A DNA stretch of 58,511 bases, counting the filler, from Mitosporidium daphniae (taxonomy: Eukaryota): assembly GCF_000760515.2 (NCBI RefSeq). It is 3 parts of 3 records of this genome, joined end to end, with 100 filler letters (N's around TTAATTAATTAA, not from the genome) between each part and the next. Parts side by side here need not be neighbours in the genome. Positions count along the whole stretch, not along the records: positions 1 to 19,998 come from NW_013546131.1; positions 20,099 to 39,753 come from NW_013546130.1; 1 more part is not named here. One strand, given 5' to 3'. The notes under the pieces are model-generated. The model saw only the letters and a list, made by a program, of their open reading frames with translations, made no database searches and was not told the DNA's origin. Shown one piece after another: positions 11,925 through 23,500 of the stretch. The stretch's first letter is position 1; each line of letters opens with the position of its first letter. The position numbers and the translations under genes were made by a program.

Positions 11925-14033
11925 ATGATTATGATATTTTTTCCTATTTATCTCTGTTTTATAACGCTGTTCGTTAAAGGCATCAACACGAAGCCATTTA
12001 GCTGCATTTCCGAAATATATTGCCAAGGCAAAATGCTAGACGAAATCCAAAGATCCGGAATCTTTCTAGATTCAAAGACATTTGTAGACATGCCAACCAA
12101 AAGACCTGAATCCCAGGTGCTTGCCGCTTTTCATGACCTTCCTGAAAATGCCAGTCTTTCTGATCTTCACAAATTTCTTAATGAAAACTTTGATCCACCG
12201 GGCTCCGAATTGGATTACCCAAATCCGGAAGACTGGAAGGACAATATTGAGCTGTTCAATAATATCCACGACCCGGATTTGCTCGAGTTTTCGAAGGAAA
12301 TACACTGCAAATGGAAAAATCTTATAAGGGTTGTTAACTTTTCTAGGTTGTGTGAAGGATGTGTCTCCAGTCATTTAAATCTGAAATTTCCATTTGTCGT
12401 TCCGGGCGGACGATTTCGCGAGTTCTATTATTGGGATACGTTTTGGATACTGGAAGGATTGCTGATCAGCGAAATGTGGCAGACGGCAAAGGGGGTTCTT
12501 TTAAATTTTTTCGAAATTGTGGACCAATTCGGATACATTCCCAATGGATCCAGAATTTACTATCTCAACCGCTCACAGCCTCCGTTGCTTGTTCAGATGG
12601 TCAAGTTATATATTGAATATACGTCGGATTACTCGATTCTATTATCTGCACTTCCATTTCTTGATAGAGAATACCTGTTTTGGATGAATTACCGGGTTGT
12701 TGAGCTTGAGCATGCAACGTCTGGATCTTTCAAGCACCGTCTTAATGTGTATAGGGTGAACAATACTTTGCCAAGGCCAGAAAGCTTAATGGAAGACATT
12801 CATTTGGGAAAAAACTTGCCTGCAGATGAAGAACGCATTCGGTTTTACGGGAATCTTGCATCTGCAGCGGAGTCTGGCTGGGATTTTTCTTCACGATGGT
12901 TCAAGTTTGACTCTTTAAAGGATAAGCACACCCATCAAGAGTACAGCCAGATGCACGGCAGTGCTCGGTCATATTCGGTTCCGTTTGAAGATTTGACATC
13001 CATCGACATAGTGAGCTTGATCCCTTTGGATTTGAATGCAATCATGTTTGCAAATGAAAAGATCCTGGCAACATTTCATACAATTATGACTTTGCACTTT
13101 GGTTACGCGCCATCTGCCATGGTAGACTTTTACACAAAAAGCGCCGCTTCAAGATACGAAGCGATGAAAATGTTTCTTTGGAGCCCCACTCTTTCCATGT
13201 GGTCGGATTATAATTTCGTGACAAAGAAACTGAGGAACGAGGCAATCTATGACTTTGATGTGCAAAAGCCACATTCCAAGCCTTTGCTTTCGAAATTTTA
13301 TATTTCCGATTTTTCTCCGATCTGGTATTTCGATAATTGCGATTTGGAAGGCTTTGAACGCGTAAGCATCACAACCAGCAGCAACGTCAATTGCTTGGAT
13401 GATTTGAAAAGATTAAACGATCTCGTGCTGATCAATTTGCTCGACCATGTAGAGTGCTCCCTAAAGCAGCAAAACGGCGATAAGAATGAGTCTCGCCTGT
13501 GGAACTATCCCGGAGGCATACCGATCAGTGAAATTGTTTCCGGTCAACAATGGGATTTTCCTAATGCATGGGCCCCTTTTCAATACTATCTTGTGTTTGC
13601 TCTTTTAAAGAAAAGCCAATCCACACAAGATGGGTCTCTCAAAAATAGACTTAAACATGCAGCGCTCGAAATTGCCCAGCGGTGGATCAAAAGCACCTTT
13701 TGCGGATGGAAGCGGACTGGCCATTTTTTCGAAAAGTACAATGTGCTTTATGCAGGCATGCCCGGAGAGGGCGGTGAATATATCGTGCAAGATGGGTTCG
13801 GATGGACCAATGCGGTTATTTTAATGATGTTGAAGAAATTTGGCAAAGATTTGAAGTTACCGATGGATTGTAGCATTCGTCCCCCAATATATCCCTATTT
13901 CAAGTCCACGCTAAAGGCCTCTCTGGTGCGCCACAGTGAACTTGTGCGATCTTCCAGCGAAAAATGCTTAAAAGATCTGCACTCGATCATACAAAGCACT
14001 GCCCACGAGAAGACTATTTTGAATCTGCATTGA
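11925..14033 (+). CDS. Trehalase (GH37) with predicted signal peptide
   Basis: DSKTFVD, PGGRFREFYYWD, NRSQPP, AAESGWDFSSRW, QWDFPNAWAP, GGEY..QDGFGWTN. Hydrophobic N-terminus. Confidence 0.95.
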   Translation: MIMIFFPIYLCFITLFVKGINTKPFSCISEIYCQGKMLDEIQRSGIFLDSKTFVDMPTKRPESQVLAAFHDLPENASLSDLHKFLNENFDPPGSELDYPNPEDWKDNIELFNNIHDPDLLEFSKEIHCKWKNLIRVVNFSRLCEGCVSSHLNLKFPFVVPGGRFREFYYWDTFWILEGLLISEMWQTAKGVLLNFFEIVDQFGYIPNGSRIYYLNRSQPPLLVQMVKLYIEYTSDYSILLSALPFLDREYLFWMNYRVVELEHATSGSFKHRLNVYRVNNTLPRPESLMEDIHLGKNLPADEERIRFYGNLASAAESGWDFSSRWFKFDSLKDKHTHQEYSQMHGSARSYSVPFEDLTSIDIVSLIPLDLNAIMFANEKILATFHTIMTLHFGYAPSAMVDFYTKSAASRYEAMKMFLWSPTLSMWSDYNFVTKKLRNEAIYDFDVQKPHSKPLLSKFYISDFSPIWYFDNCDLEGFERVSITTSSNVNCLDDLKRLNDLVLINLLDHVECSLKQQNGDKNESRLWNYPGGIPISEIVSGQQWDFPNAWAPFQYYLVFALLKKSQSTQDGSLKNRLKHAALEIAQRWIKSTFCGWKRTGHFFEKYNVLYAGMPGEGGEYIVQDGFGWTNAVILMMLKKFGKDLKLPMDCSIRPPIYPYFKSTLKASLVRHSELVRSSSEKCLKDLHSIIQSTAHEKTILNLH

Positions 14034-14054
14034 TAATGCCAAACTAATTTTATA

Positions 14055-16064
14055 TTAAAATTTTTTTATTGGATAACAGTGGCTGGTAAACAGCTCGTCT
14101 GCATTGTTTTCATAAATATGTTTTAGATGCAATGTGGCCAATTCAACGTTCGCGGGACAGCCTTCGACAATGTTGTGTTGGATTTGCCAAACCACCAATT
14201 CGCACAAAAGTCGCTGCACATGCGCATTGCCATTTGGAAAGCGGAACATTTTAATAATTTGCGTGCCATTGAGAATCGGCTTGAGCGTCCATAGCTTATC
14301 CAGATTGTATTTCAGGATTAGCCGGTGCAGCTGACTGAATGCCAGAGCGACCGTGTCAACAACGCAATTTGGAATGTTCAAAACGGCGTTTTCTTTGTCA
14401 AGAAAAAGATCTTCAACCGATGGCTTGGGTGTCGTTTTTGGAGAGAAAAGCATTTTTTCGATGCAAAGAACCTGGGAAATAACCCATGTCATTTCCCAAC
14501 GCGGTCCAATCAATCGTAAGCAGGAGCACAGCCTTTCAAAATCAATCGACATAACATCCTGCCATCCAACGCAATCCAGCAGTTCGGGAAAAAAATTCGC
14601 ACCCTCAATGGACAACGTAATGTGGTCCTCCTCGATGTTGGTTGTTTTCAAGGCATATTTACAAAGGAATGAGGAGACTGGGATGGTGGAAAATTTATCC
14701 GTGCTGGATTTGTAAGCTAAAAGCCCCTTGTGGGGGAGGAATATGGCACACAGGTGCAGAAGATAGAGCATTTGGTCCTGCAGCGGAAACGAAATCCTTT
14801 TCATCCCAATTTCCTTGCCATCATATGGGACGTCCTCGTGTCTACAACAAAGAGACTCGATAAAGATTTGATTTTTCAAAAGCCTATCGAGAATTTGTGA
14901 AAAAATCCAGCCTTGAGCCATCGAATGGGCTTCATATTTTTCAAGGCTACCTTCAAATTGGGAGTATTGGCCTAAATTGGAGATCATGATGGGATGCCAA
15001 AAAACGGACTGCCAAATTTTCAATCTCCAAAGCATCGATAAGGAGAGAAACGGATGCGGACCTGTAAGCATTTTTTTGACCTCAATTCCAATTCTTTCTC
15101 TGCTGATCTTTTCGTATAACAAATCCCTTATCTTTGGAGTGTTGAGCAGGGAATCATAAATTTCCTTATCAATTTCAAAAGAAAATCGGGAGGCAAATCG
15201 AACCACTCTTAATATACGTAAAGGGTCATCCATAAATATGGCCGAAGATGGCAACGGCGTGCGAATGAGCCCGACGGAGAGGTCCCTAAGACCTCGGCCG
15301 GTCCAGTCTTCCACTCGTTCAGTGTGGATATTATAAAACAAAGAGTTGATGGTGATATCTCGTCGATGGGCATCGTCAGATGGGGAGCCGAATACCATTC
15401 TGGTTGGAATTCTAGACGTTTCGGAATACATTTCAGACCGAAGATTGACAAAGTCGATTTTCTGGCCAAACAGCGATAAACATGCCGTTTCCAGATGTTT
15501 TGATTGATGCGGTCTAGCTGCAACCACTGCAACGGAAGTAATCGGGAGGCCCTTTTGTTTGACGAACGAGCAAAAAATGGTGGCAAACTTTTCCCCCGTC
15601 ATTGAGTCGATGGAAACATCAATGTCAGATGACGTTATTCCAAGCAGCTTGTCACGCACCCAGCCGCCTGCAAATCTTAGGATCACCGAATTAGGCGATA
15701 TAATTGGCTGCAAATGGTCCAAAGTTGTGCCTTTCGTGAAGTGATGATGCTCGAAAGAGGTGGTGGGAGAAGGCGGGATTTGGAGCACCTTATTGTCCAA
15801 TGCAGCTTTGCATTCGTTTAAAAGAGAAACAATGCGCCTCTCCAAGTCCGTAAGGATAATTCGCTTTGAAAGCACTTCGATTTCCTCGGCAGACGGACCC
15901 TGGTCTTCTCGCAGCATGTATGCCTTGTACTGATGTTCCGTGGTATTTACGGCCTTTCCAATAACATCGGCCAAAATAGAAAATGACGGGTTTTTGCTAA
16001 GCATTTTACAAACCGGGGTTCCAGGCGCAATCAATTGTTTGAATAATGACTTGGCATAAAGCAT
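14055..16064 (-). CDS. CCA1: CCA-adding tRNA nucleotidyltransferase
   Basis: RFAGGWVRDKLLG..SSDIDV, SKHLETA, DFVNLRSE, DAHRRDITINSLFYN, DDPLRILR. Confidence 0.95.
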   Translation of the reverse strand: MLYAKSLFKQLIAPGTPVCKMLSKNPSFSILADVIGKAVNTTEHQYKAYMLREDQGPSAEEIEVLSKRIILTDLERRIVSLLNECKAALDNKVLQIPPSPTTSFEHHHFTKGTTLDHLQPIISPNSVILRFAGGWVRDKLLGITSSDIDVSIDSMTGEKFATIFCSFVKQKGLPITSVAVVAARPHQSKHLETACLSLFGQKIDFVNLRSEMYSETSRIPTRMVFGSPSDDAHRRDITINSLFYNIHTERVEDWTGRGLRDLSVGLIRTPLPSSAIFMDDPLRILRVVRFASRFSFEIDKEIYDSLLNTPKIRDLLYEKISRERIGIEVKKMLTGPHPFLSLSMLWRLKIWQSVFWHPIMISNLGQYSQFEGSLEKYEAHSMAQGWIFSQILDRLLKNQIFIESLCCRHEDVPYDGKEIGMKRISFPLQDQMLYLLHLCAIFLPHKGLLAYKSSTDKFSTIPVSSFLCKYALKTTNIEEDHITLSIEGANFFPELLDCVGWQDVMSIDFERLCSCLRLIGPRWEMTWVISQVLCIEKMLFSPKTTPKPSVEDLFLDKENAVLNIPNCVVDTVALAFSQLHRLILKYNLDKLWTLKPILNGTQIIKMFRFPNGNAHVQRLLCELVVWQIQHNIVEGCPANVELATLHLKHIYENNADELFTSHCYPIKKF

Positions 16065-16101
16065 AAACAATTCCAATTTATTTGAGCTAATTTAAAATTT
16101 A

Positions 16102-16972
16102 ATGGATTTTGAAGGTCTCTCCCCGGCGTCCCCTTTAATTGGAGACAAGGAGAATGGATTTTCCTCTTTATTACAAGAATACCTCAATTCTGATGACAGG
16201 CATCTTCTTCACTGTGAAGTATCTTTTCGGGTTTAACCATAGTTGCTATCGGCATCCTATTCAAGCTGGAGGAGAATCCGCGGTGATGGAAATTGCCTGT
16301 ATTCCGCCTTTATCTTTGGGTTTCTGGAAAGGTTGACGCTAAATTTTGATGATTTTTCAATTCTGCTAGAGCAAATCGTTGATCATCACTCGAACTTTAT
16401 CAGGACCTCCATATTGGGCCCTGCCGACTTTGACCTAAATATCACAGACGAGTTTCTCGAGTGTTTCATCGAGTTGTTGCAGTCCATTTTTTCCAGCGCT
16501 AACAACAATCATAAAGATACAGCGATAGCCATTTTGACTTCCACCCTCAACGATGACATTATGGGGTCCAAGTCGATCATTGCCTATTTGCGTCTGGTTG
16601 CTTCCGGATGGATCAAGCTGAATTCGGATTCTGTACTACCCCGTATTATTGGTCTAAATTATTCGTTTAGATCTGATTACAGATGATGAAGATAATATGG
16701 GCGAGCCACCATTGCATGCTGGCCAATTGATCGACTCCTATTGCTCGCGTGTGGTCGAGCCTATGGACCAAGCCTCTGACGATATTTCGATTTTGGCTCT
16801 TGTTAAGACATTTTCAATAATGCCGTGGTTTTCCCTTTCTGTAAAAATAATCTCAACCGATACAAAGGAGGACTATCTTCCAGAATTTACTTATTCAACC
16901 GATACTGTGCACAATGGAGTTAACTTTCACATGCTATTTCGACCTGGACATTATGATCTCGTTTATCAATAA
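16102..16972 (+). CDS. Otubain (peptidase C65) deubiquitinase, 2 introns
   Basis: RRIRGDGNCLYSAF (catalytic Cys) and LFRPGHYDLVY (catalytic His). Confidence 0.9.
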
Positions 16973-17030
16973 ACTGAATGTGTAAACGGAGTTTGCAATT
17001 GGACCGATACATTGATTTGACACCCCGATT

Positions 17031-19118
17031 TTATTCATCCATTAGACCTAATGCTTTCAGTTGCTTCAGCAAAAACACGTTTAGTTTCTCCGATCGATTC
17101 TGCTTTAGCTCCATATCTTGGAAATTCGAGCGATGGGCCACCACAATATCGAGACTCAAAGAGGATCTGGATTCAAGAGATGGTTTGAACCAATTGTCAA
17201 TTATGCAATAATCCCTAGAATTTACCTCAAAGAAATTGATCAGCGCTTCCTTCAACGTATAAAGATTATCCATCAAATCTTGCGGACTTTGCATGCCAAA
17301 TTTGAACGAAATGGTTTCCGTTTGCGGTAGACTCCTTCGGATGTTATAAATTGGCTTATCGAAGAGGATGCTGTTTTGGATATATAAACATCTTCCGTCA
17401 TTGGTAATAAATACGGTGGAAAGAAGCCCGATTTCGGTAACAATGATTCCTTCATATTCGTCAAATGATACGCGGTCTCCAACATCATAAGGATGAGAGA
17501 GGAGCACAAATACGACCGAATACAGCAGATTAGAAGCAAGTTTCGCAAAAACAAAGGAAAGACCAAAGAACACGGTGCCAAATGCAGCAATACAGCTGGT
17601 TGACAGGTCAAATATTTGCAGCACTAATGCAAACAGAACGATACCCAACAAGGACAAAGCCAAAATATCAAGCTGGCGGATAATGGATTCGTTTTCTGCA
17701 AGGCTTTTCAAAATTGTTCCCCTCTCCTTAAAGGTTGATATGATGTGTTCAGAGAGCTCCTGGACAGAAATATCACCATTGTCATTTTGATCGAGTAGCT
17801 TGAATGCTTCAGAGGCATCATTACTATTTGGGAAAATAAAGTTGAAGTCTTCCTGTACCAAGAAAAGAGAGGCCTGTTTATTTGGGTCAAAGGCATCTCC
17901 TTCTTCGTATTGTTCTTGTTCTTCCTCCTCTTCTTGTGCATAATTGTCATCCTCAGTATTTGAGCTTATGGATTGATCGTGTTGATCTTTATCTTTCTTT
18001 ATCGATCGCTTAAGGGACACAAATATTTGATAAGCAAGAGTAGTCGCCTCCGAATGATATTGATCGAGATCATAATTCTCAAAGCTAGAGATTTTGGCAG
18101 ATGAATTGACGCCCTCGAAAGAAGAAAAATTGGGCGTTATTCCCGCAATATGGGCAAATAATCCAGAGAGAGCCTGTGAAAAGGGAACTTTCGATTGAGC
18201 GAGAGCAAATTTTTTCAAAGTCATGATAACCGCCATTTTGAAGTTGTTCTCTTTTATCCGATCTCGGTAGTTAAAACGATGGAAGGAAATGGAAACTCGT
18301 TGCATCAACCATTGCTCCAGAGTAAAAGCCCCGGTGATGCAGGTGATTGCAATTATTGTGCGCCGTAATAGAAACTGCCAAGTTACGAGCTTTTGAAGCT
18401 GCGTAGTAATATCCTCTGAAATTGAGGTTACTTGTGTTGTAGCTTCTAAAAAAATTCTGTTTGACATAAACACAGAAAACAAGCAAACAATGAACGAGAT
18501 AATGAGCGGGCGTAATCGAATCATGTGAGCAAGCTCTTCACAGAATTTGTCATTTTCGCTAAAAGAAGTGAATTCGATAAGCATATGTGGGATTAGATCA
18601 AGTAGGGCCAAGGTAAACAAATAAGAGCCAACAATCCATAAAATGAAGCCACACCAGCGGATTAATTCCAGAAGAGGAAAGAGCGTATCATTCGCTTGAT
18701 ACTCAAAAAAAGGATAGGAATATGAGTCTCCAATTCGATTAAGCATAAAGTTGGTAAATATCATCAAAGAGATTCCAATAAGTCCATTCAGAAACTCGAT
18801 CAAGAACTGGGAGTTCAATATGCTACGCTTTTCAGATGCCGGTTTTAAAGATGAGGACAAAGCGGCTCCATGCTTCTTGAAGGTTTCACCGGAGCTAAGA
18901 ACATTAGATATCTCACTTAGTCGAACAGGCTCGAAAGATCCTTGCTGATCTGAATTTTGAAAAAATAGCATAGATGTCTCAGAGGGTATGGCTTCAAGTG
19001 CAATCTCGGATTTCGATGAAGGAAGGTTGTGGGAATCAGATGTCGGGGATATCTGTATCTGCACGTTTGGGTTGTCTGTGCTCTTTAAGCTAAAAGCAGA
19101 AGATGAAGCAGTGGCCAT
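17031..19118 (-). CDS. MscS-family mechanosensitive channel with EF-hand (Msy1/2-like)
   Basis: AFKLLDQNDNGDISVQE EF-hand; FVLLSHPYDVGDRV, LLSTVF and IYNIRRS MscS motifs. Confidence 0.9.
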   Translation of the reverse strand: MATASSSAFSLKSTDNPNVQIQISPTSDSHNLPSSKSEIALEAIPSETSMLFFQNSDQQGSFEPVRLSEISNVLSSGETFKKHGAALSSSLKPASEKRSILNSQFLIEFLNGLIGISLMIFTNFMLNRIGDSYSYPFFEYQANDTLFPLLELIRWCGFILWIVGSYLFTLALLDLIPHMLIEFTSFSENDKFCEELAHMIRLRPLIISFIVCLFSVFMSNRIFLEATTQVTSISEDITTQLQKLVTWQFLLRRTIIAITCITGAFTLEQWLMQRVSISFHRFNYRDRIKENNFKMAVIMTLKKFALAQSKVPFSQALSGLFAHIAGITPNFSSFEGVNSSAKISSFENYDLDQYHSEATTLAYQIFVSLKRSIKKDKDQHDQSISSNTEDDNYAQEEEEEQEQYEEGDAFDPNKQASLFLVQEDFNFIFPNSNDASEAFKLLDQNDNGDISVQELSEHIISTFKERGTILKSLAENESIIRQLDILALSLLGIVLFALVLQIFDLSTSCIAAFGTVFFGLSFVFAKLASNLLYSVVFVLLSHPYDVGDRVSFDEYEGIIVTEIGLLSTVFITNDGRCLYIQNSILFDKPIYNIRRSLPQTETISFKFGMQSPQDLMDNLYTLKEALINFFEVNSRDYCIIDNWFKPSLESRSSLSLDIVVAHRSNFQDMELKQNRSEKLNVFLLKQLKALGLMDE

Positions 19119-19379
19119 TATTGGCTTTAGAAAATAGCTCGAGAAATATTCTTATTCATGATTACAATTGGTAGAAAAAAAGTAGACCAATTAAAATCCA
19201 TGCCATGATTAAATAAAAATTAAATTGTATCAAATCAGACCGCTAGCTCCAATATATTTCTTCTCTCACCAAAGGACAGATGACATTTTGCATTGCGAAT
19301 GAATCTAATAAAAATAGAGATGTGTTGGAAAGTGAAAATTTGATGTACTGAATCCATTTTTAAAATTTCCATATTAAGC

Positions 19380-19998
19380 GTGTGCATAAGATTACGAACA
19401 CAAGCGAAGCGTGTAACCGCTAATGATGCATTTTCCAATTTAAAGGGAAAATTAATTTTTAACTTTTACAGCATGAAGGGCCTCATAGATGCATTTGCTG
19501 AGTCATTTTCGCACTCTGAGGGAAATGTTCAACTCTATAACTCTGTGTTAGAGAAGAGCGAGCAGTTCTTTCACTACTCCGAGTCCTTGGCTAGTCCTGA
19601 CCCATTACTTGGTAAGGGCATAACTTTACTATTTTCAGAAAAATACCATTTTATTTTATCATTGAAGGAAAAGCTGCAGCATCTCGCAGCCCAATACAAA
19701 GACTCTCAATGTAAATTGAGAAATCTCAATGTCGAGCTTAATTTTATGAAAAAAATACGAGAAAACCGCTGCTCTGGCTTTTTCTCCGAATTTATAGCGC
19801 AACTTGAGCAGATTTACTCGGGTAACGTGTCTCCTATTGATGAAGATTCGTTTGAAACTGGCATAGAATGTTTAAAACAAGAATATATTCGGCTTAAGGA
19901 GGGAGCCGTTTCTCTGGATGGCAGTAGTCGTGATTTCGAATCGTTTCAAAAGCTTAGTGTGGATTTTGTGCAGTTTTATTTTCTAATCTGCTCAAGTT
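19380..19998 (+). CDS. Hypothetical coiled-coil protein truncated by the assembly gap
   Basis: About 200-codon open frame running into the Ns; no recognised family. Confidence 0.4.
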
Positions 19999-20098
19999 NN
20001 NNNNNNNNNNNNNNNNNNNNNNNNNNNNNNNNNNNNNNNNNNTTAATTAATTAANNNNNNNNNNNNNNNNNNNNNNNNNNNNNNNNNNNNNNNNNNNN
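19999..20098. other. Assembly gap with six-frame-stop linker TTAATTAATTAA (20043-20054)
   Basis: N-run, linker, N-run; an artificial contig join. Confidence 0.97.
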
Positions 20099-20165
20099 GG
20101 GGGGGGGGGGGGGCATGTGCCTTTCTTTATTCCTCATTCAAGGGTTAGGATTTTAATTTATTCTT

Positions 20166-20365
20166 ATGGCCGCGTCACTTGGGGCAAAATTGACGCTTTT
20201 GGCCTCGATTGGGTTCACAACCATTGTGGTATATACGGTCCACTGCCTGCAAGAAAAAGACATTCAGGTATGCCGATTGCTTACTTGATGCAGACCATGA
20301 GAAATGGTGTCCTTAGAGATGCGGCGCGAAAGGAAACAAAAAGGCAGGCCGCTCAAGAGCATTAA
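20166..20365 (+). CDS. PET117: Cytochrome c oxidase assembly factor Pet117 (1 intron)
   Basis: Spliced product MAASLGAKLTLLASIGFTTIVVYTVHCLQEKDIQ/TMRNGVLRDAARKETK matches the Pet117 pattern (TM-VH..Q...GV.RD..R). Confidence 0.8.
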
Positions 20366-20536
20366 AAAGTAGCCACAGCATCTGTGCACACTACACCCAA
20401 ATTTTTGTACTCCGCACACGGATCCATAGCTAGCTATACTGAATGTTGGATTTATTGGGCCCCTTGGCCTCCTCCCCATCCAATGTGGGATTTGGTTCCC
20501 CAATTTACAACACGAACCCTAATTAGTTGCAATTTA

Positions 20537-23500
20537 ATGCAAGCTGATGAAAATGGCCGCAAGGGCTCCCGCCGCCCTGGTTGTGGGGTTGGTCGGTCTG
20601 CCGCTTTAGAACAGCTTGCACGTGCAAAGCGAGAAGGCCGGTCTCTCCTCTCGTCATACAAGGTAAAGATAACTGTTTACCGTAGGTTGACGAAGGCGAG
20701 ATTTTTGAAGAGGTCGATGAATCCGTCTACAACTCCATCGTACAAGGCCGGCTTGCCGAGGCAAACGACTTTGTAGTCGACGACGATGGCCAAGGATATA
20801 TGGAAACAGGGCTGGAAATATGGGATCAGCCTTATGAGGGTCCATATTCTAGCGATGAGGACCAGTTTCTCGATGGTGATGAGAACCCTTCAGCCAAGCG
20901 GCTCTCTACCACCAAAAAGGCAATGCGGCAAAAGCGGCTTCTACCGCAGGGCGGCACCTCTAACAATCTTCAGCGGGCCTTTGCTACAGCAGCCACAACT
21001 AAAGCCTCTTTTTCGACTCCCCAATTGCCAGAAAAAAATGTATTTCCACATAGGCTAACGAATAGGATCAAAGCAATGCCATTTATCAAGCTCTTCTCAA
21101 AGAATTTGATACCGAAGAGGATGATGGGCTGCAGCCTTCCACTTTCAGCAACCAGCGGTTTGACTATCATGATTCATCAGCATTGCCTGTTGGCCAAGAA
21201 GCCCCTCCTTTTATGGAATTTACCGAACAAGACAACTATGACCAATTAATGGTTTGCAGAGAAGAGGATTTTAGCTTCTCAGACCAGACTCCAGAGGTAG
21301 CAAACTTTGCAAACAGTTCCGTCAAGGAAGAGACCATTAAAGAGAGCAGCTCCGATGTCCATATGATGGAAGAGAAGCCACAACACCTCAACATCAAAAA
21401 AGCGGTTACCTCATCCACTTGCAATCGCGATAAGTTTATTCCTCTTGTGACGGACCAGCTTTCAATCGGAACCCGTGCTAGCCTTGCTAACATAGGCATG
21501 GTGTCTTCCTCCGATACGACCCCAAAAGGGGTCTCAAGGATTGTGGAACACACGGAGGCGCCAGAGCTTGATGGCCAAGATGTCGGAATTAATTTTTACT
21601 GGATCGACGCTTTTGATCGGCACAATGGCAGCATTGTGCTGATCGGAAAGGTTGCTCGTTTCTGTTAACGCATAGATTGCTGTGGCTCCAGGTCGCTTTG
21701 CCACTGCTACGATGACGGTAAAAGGTATCCAGCGAAATCTCTTTGTGCTACCGCGGCAACATGATCGTGTCACAGGAGCTCCGGTTACATTTACAGACCT
21801 GTATACAGAAATCTCGGCGGTCATGAGTGCCCTACGCGTTTCAAAATTTGCTTGTAAAAATGTCCGAAGGCGCTATGCCTTCGGAATTGCAGGCATACCA
21901 GCCGAGGCGGAGTGGCTTAAATTGCGGTATTCTTTTGAGGACCCAGCATGGACACGTCGTCCGGATGCACGTGAGGAATCTCGAGTGATCGCACATGTCT
22001 TTGGCGCGACAACACCAGCGCTCGAGCTATTTATCATCAAGAGGCGGTTGATGGGCCCCTGCTGGATACGTGTTGCCAATGTCCGTATCCAAAAGCGAAA
22101 TGTATGTATTGACGCTAATGCATAGGCTTCCTGGGTCCGTTGGGAACTTGAAACAGAGTCCCCAAAAAGCGTTACGACCTTGTTGGAAGGTGCCCTGCCG
22201 CCCCCATCCCTGCGATTGATAAGTATCACCTTGAAGAGTTCGCTTGTTGAAGGTGAGCGACGCTCGGAGCGGCGGACATCCTCAGAACAAACAATCGTAG
22301 CAGCTGCTATCGTTGCAGCACGCACAGAGAACGAGTTGCCACTTATTGAGGAGCGTTTTCTTGTAACTGTGGACAATGGCGTGCCCTCGGCGCCGTTGCC
22401 TTCAGGTTGGCGCGGTGAACGCTGCGCTAATGAGCGCTCCCTTTGCTCGTTTCTGTTGACCCTGATGCAACGTCTCGATCCCGATGTATTAGTGGGGCAT
22501 GATCTGACAACCTTTGATCTTCCTCTGCTGGTGGGGCGATTGAAGGCCCTCAAAATCGAACGTTGGTCGCGTATCGGTCGTTTGGCATTTCGAACGTGGC
22601 CTGGCAGTCCAAACCGCGAAGAGCGTCGACGACCACCCATCGTTGTGGATGCACCGCCTAGTGACCCTGAAGATGAAGAGGCTATCGCCTCTACAACTAT
22701 GCCGCGATTAATTTATGGTGATGTTCTCGCATTTGCTGGGCGGCTTCTTTGCGACACAAGAAGCGGTGCAAAGGGTATTGTCAAGTCCCGGTCTTTTTCT
22801 TTGATCGAGCTTTGCCAAACTATGGGGATCAGTGTTGACATTATGGCTTCTCATGTGCCACATCACGAGCCAGTAAGGGGATCTCCCCCCGCAGGTCTAC
22901 TTTATGAACTTGGCACGGAGAGTGAAGCTGCGCTTGAATTGGCCATGCGTTTGCGGCTATTGCCATTAAGCTTACAATTAACTGCAATTGCGGGCAATCT
23001 TTGGGCACACACTCTTTTCAATGGCGCAAGGGCAGAGCGGAACGAATATCTGTTGTTGCACGAGTTTCACGCAGCCAAGTTTGTGCTCCCAGATAAGTAT
23101 CAAGGTGCCAGTGCTTCAGATGTTCCTGACTTTGAAGCCTCCAAAGTCGGCAGAGGAAGGCGGCGCGCAGCATATGCAGGAGGACTGGTGTTGGAACCAA
23201 AAGCTGGCCTTTATGACACATTTGTGATTTTGCTTGATTTTAACTCGCTTTATCCTTCCATCATTCAGGAACATAACATCTGTTTTACGACTGCCAATGT
23301 TGAGGCCCCTGATGCGCCCAATGGCGCTGATCATGGAAATGGTGCTGCTGGTAAAGCTAGTGACCTTTCTATCCAACCCGAACCGCAGCCCTCATCGGTG
23401 ATCGGTATTCTGCCAAGAATTCTGGGTACATTGGTAGCCAGGCGTTCTGCTGTTAAAAAGCTTCTACAAAGTTGTGAGAGTACTGAGCGCGCTGCTCTAG

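Noticed and set aside
20043..20054. TTAATTAATTAA palindrome inside N-runs (also at 39798)
   Set aside because: Artificial six-frame-stop linker; gene adjacency across it is not evidence of linkage.
21873..22640. Long antisense ORFs over POL1, RNR2, NOG1 and others
   Set aside because: These are shadow frames of conserved genes with no independent motifs.
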